Translations under genes and position numbers: made by a program
The notes under the pieces: generated by a model
What the model was told of the DNA's origin: nothing
Database searches by the model: none
The model's input: the letters and a program-made list of their open reading frames with translations, nothing else
In this document: one piece after another, positions 38,744-52,712 of the stretch
How the letters are laid out: the number at the start of each line of letters is the position of its first letter
Position numbering within the stretch: position 1 is the first letter of the stretch
Source: Selaginella moellendorffii
Lineage: Eukaryota > Plantae > Lycopodiophyta
Length of the DNA: 64,000 nt
Assembly: GCF_000143415.4 (NCBI RefSeq)
Contig: NW_003314262.1
Location: forward strand, 2,177,046 to 2,241,045
Direction: 5' to 3'

Positions 38744-39095
38744 AATGGTGCCAAACTCCTAAGCATAGAGGTAAGGAGTAAAGGAACTAGAGCATGGAGT
38801 GACTCCTAGAATGGTGCCAAACTCCTAAGCATAGAGGTAAGGAGTAAAGGAACTAGAGCATGGAGTGACTCTTGAGTGTAAGCTCCTAAGCATAGAGGTA
38901 AGGAGTAAAGGAACCAAAGCATGGAGTGACTCCTGAGTGTAAGCCCAGGGAGTAAAGGGATAGGAGCACAGAGTGACTGTTCCAAAGGAATGGTGCTAAA
39001 ATTCTAAACATAGAGGTAAGGAGTAAAGGAACCAGAGCATGGAGTGACTCCTAAGTGTAAGCCCAGAGAGCAAAGGGATAGGAGCACAAAGTGAA
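38744..39095 (+). repeat. Tandem repeat of about 60 bp (ctcctaagcatagaggtaaggagtaaaggaactagagcatggagtga), 4 copies
   Basis: Directly visible. Confidence 0.85.
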
Positions 39096-39129
39096 TTGGA
39101 ATAGTCCTGGAGCATTTAACATCCCAATG

Positions 39130-39465
39130 CTAGAACTAGCATGCAAAACAGAGCCAAATAGAATTTAGCACTATTTCAATATACCGGTGGCCTAATGCAA
39201 GGATATGGGTACTCCACCAGCTAGCATGGTGTGGAACTTAGGTTTAGACTCAAGCCAGATGCAAAACAAGAATAGGCACGCAAGCTAAAGCTAGATTATA
39301 CCACAAGTTAGTTGGCCATGCCAGACTTACCCACTATCCCTACTATACATTTGAAACAAAATGCTACTAACACAAGGTGCATGATAGTGAGGGTGTTTGG
39401 CAGACGTGATAAACTATCATTTGGCGATATTAAGGGACTAGTCTCAGTATATAAGGGTTCTTGTT
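39130..39465 (-). mobile_element. Degraded LTR fragment of the 19133 chromovirus family
   Basis: Shared strings ataccggtggcctaa, gggtactccacca and ccactatccctactatacatttg. Confidence 0.7.
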
Positions 39466-40246
39466 AAGCAAATGAAAGATAGAGAAAAAAAAAACTAAGA
39501 GCTGTTAGGGCATAGCTAAGGGAATATCCCCATCTTCCTTGTATAAAACCCTTGCCCCAAAAGGGCAATAGAGGGGCATTTGTGAAGAGCATTAGAGCAT
39601 TTCTCGTGTTTGAGTGAGTGTTGGGGGAGGTGCCTCTCCTTTCCTCAACAAATGGTGAACCCAGCGTGATATGCAATCCTTTTTACTACATCATTTCTCT
39701 CTTTTTCTTTTGACTGGAGACTTTGAGAAGCAATTTCTCGTTCATCTTGCAGTGGTTCTGCTTGATCTTAGGCACGTTAGATAGGTCTTAAGCTCCTCTT
39801 TTCGGCAAGCTATAGCACTCATCAAGCTGTGCAATATTTAAGGAGATACAATGTTTCTTGGCTCGGTTTGGTGAATATTTTGGGGATTTTCACTTTCTTG
39901 CCTAGATTCTTGGCCTAATTTCTCAAAGCAATGCATTTGGGTTTGTAGATATGACCTAGATCTACAGGTAGTGGTAATTCTTGGCACTAGATTTGGGCAA
40001 ATTTATAGCATGCAAAAAGATTTTCTTCTCCAACTATATAAGGGCATCTTTGTAACAGAAATTTGCACTACTCCGGGCTTTGTTTTAGATGCTATTTGTT
40101 TCTGGAGGTGCTCCTAGTCCTAGGCTATCTGAGAATACTGATGGTGCTATGGTATCAATCTAGATTGGTGACATGTAAATGTTTTCCACAATATTGGTGT
40201 TCTAGGCTATCTTTTTCTTGGATCTCGAGGAATATTGAGGCATCTT

Positions 40247-42120
40247 TGTTAGGCACCAAATTAGCATAATAGGATAAGGAAAGGGCCTTGCAATCAAGTG
40301 ATCACCCCTTCAGTCAGTTGGCTTAGGGTGTAAGAGATAAGATCCTAACATTAGTATCGGAGCCCAGTTCGATTCTTATGGCTGACAAGTGGGGTAGGAA
40401 TATTCTAAAGGAATATTCAACATGGTGGATCTAGAGGGAGAACCAAGGTTTGGTAAACCCTAAGAGAAGGACTATGGTGACCAAATGGTGGCCTAAGTAT
40501 GATCGCAAACGATCATTCTTTGATGAGGGGGAGGATTGTTAAGCACTAGGTTAGTATAATAGGATAAGGAAAGGGCCCTCCAATCAAGTGATCATCCCTT
40601 TAGCCAATTGGTTTAGAGTGTAAGGGATAGGATCCTAACATTGGTATCAAAGCCCAGTTTGATTCTCGTGGTTGACAAGTGGGGCAAGAATATTCTAAAG
40701 GAATATTCAACATGGTGGATCTAGAGGGAGAACCAAGGTTTGGTAAACCCTAAAAGAAGGACCATAGTGACCAGATGGTGGCTTAAGTATGATTGCGGAC
40801 GATCATTCCTTGATGAGGGGGAGGATGGTGACCAGATGGTGGCCTAAGTATGATCGCGGACGATCATTCCCTAATGAGGGGGAGGATTGTTAGGCATCAG
40901 GTCAGCATAATAGGATAAAGAAAGGGCTCTGAAATCATGTGATCACCCCTTTAGCCAGTTGGCTTAGGGTGTAAGGGATAGGATCCTAACATTGGTATTG
41001 GAGCCCAGTTCGATTCTCGTGGTTGATCGCAGATGTTCATTCCCTAACGAGGGGGAGGATTGTTAGGCACTAGGTCAACATAATAGGATAAGGAAAGGGC
41101 CTTACAATCAACTGATCACCCCTTTAGCCAATTGGCTTAGGGTGTAAGGGATAGGATCCTAACATTGGTATTGGAGCCTAATTCAATTCTCGTGACTAAT
41201 AGAGTGGGGCAAAAATGTTTTGAAGGAATATTCAACATGGTGGATCTAGAGGGAGAACCAAGGCTTGGTAGACCCTAAAAGAAGGACTATGGTGACCAGA
41301 TAGTGGCCTAAGTATGATCGTGGACGATCATTCCCTGACGAGGGGAGGATTGTTAAGCACTAAGTCAGGATGATAGGATAAAGAAAGGGCTCTATAATCA
41401 AGTGATTACCCCTTTAGCTAATTGGCTTAGGGTGTAAGGGATAGGATTTTAACATTGGTATACGAGGGAGGTTGAATTCTCGTGGCTGACAAGTGGGGCA
41501 AGAATATTCTAAAGGAATATTCAACATAGTGGAATATCCTAATAGGATAAAGAAAGGGCCCTGCAATCAAGTGATCACCCGTTTAGCCAGTTGGCTTAGG
41601 GTGTAAGGGATAGGATCCTAATATTGGTATCGGAGCCCAGTTCGATTCTCGTGGTTGATCGCAGATGTTCATTCCCTAACGAGGGGAGGATTGTTAGGAA
41701 CCAAGTCAGGATAATAGGATAAAGAAAGGGCTCTGCAATCAATTGATCACCCCTTTAACCAGTTGGCTTAGGGTGTAAGGGATAGGATCTTAACATTGGT
41801 ATCGGAGCCCAGTTCGATTCTCGTGGTTGACAAGTAGGGCAAGAATATTCTAAAGGAATATTAAACATGGTGGATCTAGAGGGAGAACTAAGGCTTGGTA
41901 GACCGTAAGAGAAGGACCATGGTGACCGGATGGTTGCCTAAATATGATCGCAGATGTTCATTCCCTAACGAGGGGAGGATTGTTAGGCATCAGGTCAAAA
42001 TAATAGGATAAAGAAAGGGCCCTGCAATCAAGTGATTAGTTGGCTTAGGGTGTAAGGGATAGAATCCTAACATTGGTGGGATAGAATCCTAACATTGGTA
42101 TCGGAGCCCAATTCGATTCT
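40247..42120 (+). mobile_element. Tandem-array TRIM with 8 LTRs of about 104 bp
   Basis: TGTTAGG...CCTAACA LTRs at 40247, 40537, 40888, 41061, 41351, about 41540 (partial), 41692 and 41981; each followed by a ttggtatcggagcc-like PBS, most preceded by PPT gaggg(g)gaggat. Confidence 0.9.
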
Positions 42121-42712
42121 CATATGTAATAGGCTGTCCCTCTTGAGCACTAAGAACTCCTCCCAGTGCTATCAACCGTATATAGGGTTATATTTCCACA
42201 CTTGAGGTTGCTTTTGTGAGTACTGACATATTTTTGAGCTAGAAAAAGGTGAAAAAGGAACTTGTTAAAATTTTGTATCACTTATTGATGATTTGCCATT
42301 TTGGCATTTATAATCTTAATATCATCTTTATAATAATCTTTTTTATTTTGTGGGGAGTAATCTTGTTAATAATTTACAATTGGTGGTACCTTCAATATTT
42401 ATTCCATACTTTCTCTATACTTATCATGACTTTCCTATTCTAAGTGGATATATAAGACATCAATATGTGATTTGTGAAGTTATACAAGTTTTTTTATTGG
42501 TCAGAGATACGACATAATGTTATTCGGTATATACATAATTATGTTTTGTGCCAAGTTCGTAATACTCCCCCTTGTGCTATAGAAGGGCAATGAATTCAAT
42601 TACAGTTTCCTATTCATTTGAGTTAATGGTGTTTGATCTGATGGGGCTTTTTCCAAGGTCAATTGTTGCCAATGAATATGTCATTATTGCCTTTGACTAT
42701 TTGACCCACAAT

Positions 42713-43919
42713 AGACACCCAAAGGTACCACTAACATATCAACCTATTATGCTAAAGTCGTGTCTATTCACCTTTATCTCATTGATAGTCCAAGACCACT
42801 TATACCATAGTCCCATCTCTCAAAGACTGAGCAATCCATCCACAAGTGGTCATCCCATGACCATAAGTTAGCATCATTATGATAACTAAAGACATGGGGA
42901 ACACCCTTCCCCAATATCCCTTTCTTGGTCCTCACCAAGTTCCTTTCTATTCACAGTAGTACTTGCCAACATTACCATTGAGTTAGGGCCCAAATGCCTC
43001 TCATTCACATTTGGGACTTCCTCACCACGTGACCATATCCTTGGTCACCACACAAGAGGATTGCTTTTTTTCCTTTTCACAGTTTAGGACTTTGAGACAT
43101 ATTTCAAAACACTGTAGCCATATACAAGCCTTTTAAGTATTCCCCCCACCTTATGCCTCTTGGTGCCCTAGCCAGGTGACTAGAGTAAAGTTCCAATGAG
43201 CCATACCAAGTATCTAAATAAGTACTGCCACACACACTGAATNNNNNNNNNNNNNNNNNNNNNNNNNNNNNNNNNNNNNNNNNNNNNNNNNNNNNNNNNN
43301 NNNNNNNNNNNNNNNNNNNNNNNNNNNNNNNNNNNNNNNNNNATTCTATCCTTGGACTCCTCAATAAGTATATCATCACCTACTATATAAATATAGCCTT
43401 TTTTAGATCACATTGGCATTTTCTAGCTAAATTGGTTCCAATGGAGTCTAACCCCCACACACTCCCTATTATACTTTTAGAACACTTTGTAGCATCCAGT
43501 CTTGGCCTCAATCTTGTCTCAATCTCCATCTCGGACTCCATCTCGAACTCCTTAGACTCTATCTAAGAGTCCTTCTCAGACTCCATCTTAGACTCCATTT
43601 TGGACTTCTTCTTGGACTCCATCTTAGACTCGGTCATGACACTTGCCATGTGTCAATACTTCTTTTATCCCTTTCTAGAGACTCATTCATCAATCGCTTC
43701 GTACTCATTCCTCAAGCACTTTTAAAACAAGCATATTCTTCTCACAGAATATGCTCAAACGGTCACAGAATATACGCACCTCTCTTCCACTCCCACTCTC
43801 AACTTTTTGGGTCGAAGGTTTTGGTTCAAATGTGTTACACTCATTGGACTTTTGCATTGACCACTACCATGAGGCACACTTTTGGCTCCACTTTAGGGCT
43901 TAAGGATTTGTGTTTCACA
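42713..43919 (-). mobile_element. Old diverged LTR of the 4368 LARD family, flanked by gypsy integrase relics (about 42480-42710 and 43975-44180); spans an N gap
   Basis: Reverse complement matches the LTR start and internal LTR strings; decayed 12-bp repeats at 43510-43630; flanking peptides FELMVFDLMGLFP and YEVDDLVL. Confidence 0.7.
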
Positions 43920-44846
43920 TTAGGCCATATATAAGTGAGACAATAATGGCATTATAACTCCTATCATAATCCACCTACAAAGTATGAAGTGGATGATTTG
44001 GTGTTAATCTATTTTTCTAATCTTATATCGTGGTTTATTTAAGGGTTCTTTGCTCAATGGAAAGAATCATATTAAGTGTTGTGGCAAGTTGGACCACAAG
44101 TTTATAAAGTTTGGTATAATGTTCAATAAACTGATCATCTAAAAATTATCCATGTGTAGCAACTAAAGCACTTTATATAAAGGGGTTAGGAACAATTGGC
44201 ACCATCTATACATCTATTTGTGTCTCCTCTTAATATTTCTCTAAATTCTACTTGTTAACTAGAGAACTTTAATTGCCTTCCATCCTTCTAAGATGAGGGG
44301 ATGATGTAAAGTCCAAGTGTACAACAATGTAGTGCATGTGATTATGGGATGAGATTTAAATATACTGTCACTATAGATCTTGGGAACCTTGGGGGATAAA
44401 TAAAAATAAAATAGCCACTAAATGCTCTCTCATCGAGCAATTGCCCCTTTTTTAGTTGGTTTAAAGGGAGAGAGATAAGGTGCGTTACAAGCAATAATGC
44501 TTTATACTAATATTAGCATAGTAGGATTTTGATATCCATTAGATTGGTTTTAATTTGGACCACTCACTTCCATATATAAGTTAAGGGTTTTTCGGCTTAT
44601 TGATATGCATATTTTTATATTTCATTTCCACATACAAAACACTTATAAATAATAATTTAAATATTATTAAAATAAGATAATAAAATTTAAAATTCTAGTA
44701 TCTTAGAAGTTAAAGTTTTGGTTATAGATTAATCACTACTTGATTATTATTTTTTAACAAAAAACTTCCTCAATGAGTTTTCAAATTTTACTATTCATTA
44801 AGTTTAGCAGTTATAAAACTACAGATCTCTAGAAGAATTCAATATA

Positions 44847-45749
44847 GTGAGAAAATATTTGATATTGTATATTCTGAATTTATTAATATTAATATTAATG
44901 GTAATTATAACACAAAGTATTTGTTATGAAGTTGGTGATTATGATGTTCTTAGTGAAGAATTAACACATACTCTAATCAATGTTATTCAAAATGCAATCA
45001 ATTCTATACCAAATGATGCACTTCCACATGGTCAAAGTTTACATGGACCTTTATTAATTACAAATCCAGATAGAGGTACTACTTATATTGGATATGGTAT
45101 TTTTATTTTAGAAACAATTACAGAACTTTGTAGTGTAGAAAATGGAGGTGGTGTTGATGAAGGATCTATCATTAGAGATTCATTAAATTATATTATGCAT
45201 CGTTCTAGTATTGAAATTGTAAACTTTGCAGCTTCATTTTTAATAATAAAGACTGACCATTTTATAATCTATTATTTTGTTAGAAATTATATTTCTCATT
45301 GACAACAAAATATTGTCCTTGAAAATTTAAATTATGAATGCAACACATTTTCAAGTATCTTAATGAGTGGGTATACTAATATGCCACATCAATATCTACT
45401 CTCAACACATTTTTTAATGTCTTTAAATCATAAAGCATATTTATATTTAAGTTATGATTGCAATTTAGTGTTATATACATATAATAAAAGCTTATGGTCT
45501 ACAAAAACAACAAATAAAGGCACTGGATGTGTATTAAGATTACAAGAAGATGGAAATTTAGTTTTGTATTCTTATAATATAATAGCTATTTGGGCTTCAA
45601 ATACTTACTGTAAATATCAAAATTGTTATGAAAACGCATATTTAGTATTACAAAATAGTTGTAATTTAGCTTTATATTTTTCAAACCAAAAGACATTTAG
45701 CACTAAACCAGAAAAATCAAATGTTTGGAATTCATATACATCTTGCTAG
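44847..45749 (+). pseudogene. AT-rich intronless gene with a C-terminal bulb-type lectin domain and one in-frame TGA at 45300
   Basis: DCNLVLY, LQEDGNLVLY and LQNSCNLALY repeats; the two ORFs are in the same frame; hydrophobic N-terminus. Confidence 0.65.
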
Positions 45750-46429
45750 TTAGTTTATTTTCTAAAATATTTTAGTAATAAAAACTATAATAAATACATT
45801 AATTTAAAAATATAAGTTTTACATTAAAATTTATTATAATAAAAATGTGATAAACATAGTATAATTTTTAAAATGTAATTAATTTTCTGAAATTTAAATT
45901 AAAAATAATTAAAATATTTATTCTATGTTTAATAAGAAATTTATCTTATTTTATTTATATATTAAATTATCTATAAACAAATTCAATAATAATTTTTTTA
46001 ATTCTTGTATTAAGAAAACTATTAGAGAAGTAAATACATATAAATTTATTTTATATTATTTATAAAGACATATTATATTTTATTATTTTATATTTTAATA
46101 TAAAATCTGAAATATAATCTATGGTTAAATATTATAAATTAATTTAAATATTTATATTTAGTTAAATATTATATTTTAAAATAATTATAAAAAATTTTAA
46201 TTTCTAATTTATATTTCAGATTTATCTTTCCATAACCATTTAAAATTATAAAATCTAATTAGGAAATCATGCTCTAACTGGATATGATAATCTAGTTGAG
46301 TAACCTATCTTTAGATTACTAAAGTCTCATACTTATACAAACATGTGGTGGTTCAGATTGCATTGATGAGTTAACCCAAATTAGCCAAGCTAATTTTATC
46401 TGTATCTATATGATATATACATATACTAT

Positions 46430-48740
46430 ACATAGTGACCTCACACTAATCCCCCCTCAAGTATTATTTGATGGAATGGCTAAATCTTAGAGACATACAC
46501 CATATGTTAAAAAATATATTGTCCATCCACCAATTGATAAAAAATATAAATCAAGTTAATCCTTTACTCAATATAGTCCAATCCACCAAGGCAATAGAAG
46601 GTGAAGAAACTTCACTAACACTAGATCACCTTATTAATAACTTGATGATGAGCTATACTATGTATTGTAAGACCACCTCTAATACTTTTGCCAAAAACTT
46701 TGAAAATTATGGATATGATGTTGGCAAAACTTAGTCTAAATGTTCCATGGAATGATTAGCATCAAACCCACAATAAAAGCTTTAGTGGTAAAAGGTCTTG
46801 TGGAAAGCATTTTGTTTACAGTCATTCATTATAGTCATTCACTGTAGCAAAAACTTTCTATTTATCCAAGTGTGCTGATGACACAACTATTTTTTTCACT
46901 ACTTCTTCCCACTTTCATTTTTACTATTGTCTTCAAGTCCTCACCTACTTTTCTCTCCTTGGGTCCATGATTGCCCATTGCATTCTTCTTGAGGCTCCTT
47001 TCCATGGAAAGTTTATTCTTTAGAAGTTGGATAAGATCTCCCCTTCTAGTGTGTAATTTGAACAGCCAATTTGGCATTTGAAAGTCCCAATTAGCACTAA
47101 AAATTGTGCTAATTGAAATTTTCAAATGCTAGATTGGCAGTTCAAATCACACATTGTCCCCTTTATGAAATCCCAATAAGTGGTGATAAACTATAAATTC
47201 TCCACCCCAAGCTACTAAGTGTGAACATTGAGTTGCTAAGTCAACCCACTTGTTAACTTCACTATTTTTTCCATAATCTCATTTCATTGGTAGTAATATT
47301 TATATAAGCCTCAACCATCCCATCATGTCATCTTCAACTAATCCAGCCATCACATATAGAGCATACTATCAAGAGAAAACCTAATGCTTATTCATGTGCT
47401 AATAACCTAGCCAAAAAAAAGAATTCCACTAGTTGTCAAAGTTAACTATGATATTTTCCAATATTTCAAAGATGTTAACATCAAGAATGATGTCTATAGC
47501 TCCTATGTCAAGGACATGGAAAATCCCCTTTATTTGGTATCCTCCCACTTGCAAACCACATTAAACTTCTATTTTGCAATTCCNNNNNNNNNNNNNNNNN
47601 NNNNNNNNNNNNNNNNNNNNNNNNNNNNNNNNNNNNNNNNNNNNNNNNNNNNNNNNNNNNNNNNNNNNNNNNNNNNNNNNNNNNNNNNNNNNNNNNNNNN
47701 NNNNNNNNNNNNNNNNNNNNNNNNNNNNNNNNNNNNNNNNNNNNNNNNNNNNNNNNNNNNNNNNNNNNNNNNNNNNNNNNNNNNNNNNNNNNNNNNNNNN
47801 NNNNNNNNNNNNNNNNNNNNNNNNNNNNNNNNNNNNNNNNNNNNNNNNNNNNNNNNNNNNNNNNNNNNNNNNNNNNNNNNNNNNNNNNNNNNNNNNNNNN
47901 NNNNNNNNNNNNNNNNNNNNNNNNNNNNNNNNNNNNNNNNNNNNNNNNNNNNNNNNNNNNNNNNNNNNNNNNNNNNNNNNNNNNNNNNNNNNNNNNNNNN
48001 NNNNNNNNNNNNNNNNNNNNNNNNNNNNNNNNNNNNNNNNNNNNNNNNNNNNNNNNNNNNNNNNNNNNNNNNNNNNNNNNNNNNNNNNNNNNNNNNNNNN
48101 NNNNNNNNNNNNNNNNNNNNNNNNNNNNNNNNNNNNNNNNNGTGGTGTTTTAGCCTCCAAACGAAGATGCTCCATTGAGTATCCAACTACTCGATAGAAT
48201 ATAGAAATAATATACCTTCCTTGTTCTTGCAAGTGAATTAGAGCCACTTTTCCTTTGATTGGTAATCCTAATGCCTTAACAGACACACTTCCCAAATGTT
48301 CTTGGAACTAGAAACATCCACATTTCCTTACTTTCCTTATTCATTCTATCAATGTAGGAAGCATAAAAGAAATGGGCATAAAGGAGTTCTTTGAGCAGCT
48401 GCTATTGGTGGTCTATTGTTCCATTGACATGACTCTGACATAACAGATTATTCCATAAAGCTAATTGAGTCTCCACATATTAAAAATTGATATCTATGTT
48501 CAAGGCAAGTTGTATGGCATGATAGCAATGTCCAACCCTATGCTAGTAGGCAACAAAAAAATATAATACTGTATGAGAGTGTCCTTTGGCACTTTGTGAA
48601 CATCAAACTTCAATTTGAGCCATGCGTCATTAAATTCTTATAGTGAATAAAACTGTTGCACATAGCAAAGTGTGCAAAGCTTGTTAAAAGGAGATCCACC
48701 ACCATTGTCAACACAAACTCCTCTGCAGGAAAAATGTTGA
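46430..48740 (-). mobile_element. Highly degraded Ty1/copia-like remnants across N gaps
   Basis: PPT-like ttgaggggggat near 46450 and weak RNase H/integrase-like peptides. Confidence 0.35.
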
Positions 48741-48760
48741 AATCTTCCCATGATTGGATC

Positions 48761-48763
<3 letters not shown>

Positions 48764-48826
<63 letters not shown>
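48764..48826. repeat. (TA)n microsatellite abutting an assembly gap
   Basis: Directly visible; N runs at 43243-43342, 47584-48141 and 48827-49709. Confidence 0.97.
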
Positions 48827-51800
48827 NNNNNNNNNNNNNNNNNNNNNNNNNNNNNNNNNNNNNNNNNNNNNNNNNNNNNNNNNNNNNNNNNNNNNNNNNN
48901 NNNNNNNNNNNNNNNNNNNNNNNNNNNNNNNNNNNNNNNNNNNNNNNNNNNNNNNNNNNNNNNNNNNNNNNNNNNNNNNNNNNNNNNNNNNNNNNNNNNN
49001 NNNNNNNNNNNNNNNNNNNNNNNNNNNNNNNNNNNNNNNNNNNNNNNNNNNNNNNNNNNNNNNNNNNNNNNNNNNNNNNNNNNNNNNNNNNNNNNNNNNN
49101 NNNNNNNNNNNNNNNNNNNNNNNNNNNNNNNNNNNNNNNNNNNNNNNNNNNNNNNNNNNNNNNNNNNNNNNNNNNNNNNNNNNNNNNNNNNNNNNNNNNN
49201 NNNNNNNNNNNNNNNNNNNNNNNNNNNNNNNNNNNNNNNNNNNNNNNNNNNNNNNNNNNNNNNNNNNNNNNNNNNNNNNNNNNNNNNNNNNNNNNNNNNN
49301 NNNNNNNNNNNNNNNNNNNNNNNNNNNNNNNNNNNNNNNNNNNNNNNNNNNNNNNNNNNNNNNNNNNNNNNNNNNNNNNNNNNNNNNNNNNNNNNNNNNN
49401 NNNNNNNNNNNNNNNNNNNNNNNNNNNNNNNNNNNNNNNNNNNNNNNNNNNNNNNNNNNNNNNNNNNNNNNNNNNNNNNNNNNNNNNNNNNNNNNNNNNN
49501 NNNNNNNNNNNNNNNNNNNNNNNNNNNNNNNNNNNNNNNNNNNNNNNNNNNNNNNNNNNNNNNNNNNNNNNNNNNNNNNNNNNNNNNNNNNNNNNNNNNN
49601 NNNNNNNNNNNNNNNNNNNNNNNNNNNNNNNNNNNNNNNNNNNNNNNNNNNNNNNNNNNNNNNNNNNNNNNNNNNNNNNNNNNNNNNNNNNNNNNNNNNN
49701 NNNNNNNNNTGTCATTTTCCTTTATATACCTTCTATATAACTAATGATCTGACTTTAGGCTCCACCCTAGCAAACAACCCAAATATTTAGGAGGAACCAC
49801 TAGTGGAACACCACCAGTGACCAAGAGGGATGCCACAAAAACATTGAAAAAGGTATTTGTGGAACCCCCAAAACCAAAAAGTACAATACCATGTTTGTTG
49901 TTTGAGTGGTAAACATAAAATTTGGTAGACTGGAATTCTCCCTTGAATAAGTTATGAGTAGAAATGAATTGTTGGAGCTCGGTCCACTAAGATGAACAAA
50001 GGATGGCTTTTTCCTATGTCTATAAATATTTCCAAGTGGGATGGTAAGAAAGGGCCTTTAATGCCACATATTTTGTCTATAAAAACCTGAGTGCTAGTCT
50101 ACTTTGTATCCCTTAAGTCTCTAGTAATCCCCTCAAATGAGCCAAATATTAATGAAGCTGAAGACAGATAGATGCTAATCCTCTAGCACATCCTAGAATG
50201 CTATGGATTCCTACCTAAGGCCCAAGGAAATTGCCCCTATTAAACTAGCTAGAGTGTGTGGATCTGAAAGCCATTGGATCTTCCCAAAATCCCTCCTCTA
50301 TTTCCTCTTGTTTGAGTTGCAACTCTAAAAGTTTAACTTGGCCCTTTGCATACACATTTCTTCAGCAAGTCTGGATATTATACACATTTCAAAACCATGA
50401 TTGTCATTGAGAGAGAGGAGCTTGATATTGTTTTTTGTGTATATATTAACTGGGTAGTTGCAACAACATTGATCTTGTAGTAGCAAGAGTTAGAATTGGT
50501 TAAAATGAGTTAGCTAAAGAAGAAATCTATGAGGAGATTGTGTCTGTAGAAGATATTAATCATTCATTCCTAATGGATGCATCAATATGGGAAGATAGAG
50601 TTTTATGATCACTACTAAAGGTATATTCACTCTTTGATCAAGGACATGTCTTTGAGGCAACACAAATAGGGATTTTTCAAGCTTTCGAATCCATGGTAGG
50701 GGTTTTAGTGTTATAGTGGACCAGTCAAGTGAGAAATTTAGAAATATCACTTACATTTAAACCTTTAAACAAGCTCTTACAAGGACTCGGCTTACTTACA
50801 GTCTATCCTTTTTATGTTTGCTTCTATAATAGTGTGAAGACACCAGAAACATATTTATAAGATATTGATTATCATTGCTATTGGGGGTAAGGATCAAGAA
50901 CATCATTAATAGATTCATAAAAATGTTTAACCATATGTTTTATATATGTTTTTCCTATAGTGGCATTGGAGACAAGGTGCAAGTTGATTACATGCTTAAA
51001 ATCTAAGTAAGAGTTGGAAGCATATACTGGGAAGATTTGAGGCATTAAAGAGGTGAAGTTTCATCGCTTGAAGAAATTTAAAAGTTAACTATATGGGAAC
51101 AATATCAAGAATTTTTTATCCAAGCCAAAGCTTCAAATTGCCACTATAATGCCCAAGCTGTCTTCAAAACATTACATGCTGTCAAAACCACATGAAAGCA
51201 TATATATGGATGAGAATGATTTACATTATATGGTATGTCTAGATTGTGGCTTCAATTATTTTGCACATCCAAAAAGTTTTTAAGGGGATTGTTGAAATCT
51301 AATATTGTTCTTGCATTAGGCTAGTTTCAACTATGCACAAAGTAAACATAAAAATAGGGCTTTAACCATGAGAATACTAAATTCAAGCTCAAATGTAAGT
51401 AATAAGGCAAACATAGTTTGATATGTTTCAATAGAAAGTAGTTATAGGGAGAGGTGCATTGTTTAAGTATTTTTGCAGGAGTTAAAGCTTCTCTTCAAAG
51501 AAATGTACAAATCAAATATAATTTTCTAGGAAGTTTTGAGTATGATGAGCAGCTATAAACTATGTTTAATCAAGAAGTTATTTATGTGGTTTATGCATCC
51601 AATCATCTCACACAGTGCAAGCTTCTTAAGATGTCAAATGGTAGTAAAATTGGATGTAGAACTGATAGATAACTAGTGTTGGTGGAGCCATAAGTTCAAA
51701 TAATTTGGAAGGATTGGGAGAATAGTGTTTATAAAAGTTTGATAGTTTAGAAGTCCAAAAAAGTATAATAAGATATAGGGATTTAAGGAAAGTTATTGCT

Positions 51801-52350
51801 ATCAAAGTTCAGGTTTAGATACATATTACTAGGAATGAAAAGTATATAGTTTCTGTCTACAATAGGATCAAAGCTTAAGCATAGTGCCTAGACTTACTAT
51901 TATTTAAAATGTCTTTTTAACCTATTTTGACACATATATCTTTTGATTTATCCATACTACACTCTATTATTGAAATCTTTAGTTTCTTTAGTACTATATA
52001 TCTTTACTCTAATATTGTTGTTGCTCATTCTTATTCCATCACTAAGCCCATTTGTTCCTTTTAGACCCTCTTTCAAAAACAATATTGAAGCATTAAGTAA
52101 TTTTTTCCCAATATTTGCATCTACTTAACATAATTCTTAGTTATTTTTTTAAAACCATTATTGATACGTATTCAGTAAAAAATAATTATTATTTACCCAT
52201 AATAAACTGAAATGTTTGGATAGTGATGGTTGTATAAATCATCACATTTGAACTAGTGTTGTAAATAATCATATTAGTCTAAATAAGATTCTTTACTAAG
52301 GGTAAAATTTAGTGCAAAGCCTCATTTGGGTTAAATACATTTTCAGAAAA

Positions 52351-52712
52351 ATATTTTTTGGTTTGCTTAAGCAAACATGTAGGGAGACTAGGATAGTAGT
52401 GGATATACCTAGAATATTCTTGAATATTCTAGGATAGTCTACAATCTAACAGTTGTTATTCATTTAGATTAATATTGTATTTATAATTTATAAACATGTT
52501 TATAATTTATAAACTTTTGTAAACCCTTTCTAGTATATTCTTTCTTATTCTATAATCTAATGGTTGATATGCAATAAGATTGATCTTGTGTTTAAACATG
52601 CTTATAATTATAAATTTTATTTGATCAATTGGATTGATAAGTAAGAATAACACTACTATTAAACAAACCAAACGTTGCTACATGCAACACATAGCAATTG
52701 TTTTTTTCTATA
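52351..52712 (+). repeat. Second copy of the AT-rich hairpin-ended repeat
   Basis: Similar to 3611-3946; hairpin followed by ctatag. Confidence 0.5.

Noticed and set aside
40247-42120. CRISPR-like repeat-spacer appearance
   Set aside because: The spacers are homologous to each other and carry PBS/PPT; no cas genes; it is a TRIM array.
47516-49790. ORFs made of X and YIYI
   Set aside because: Assembly gaps and a (TA)n tract.
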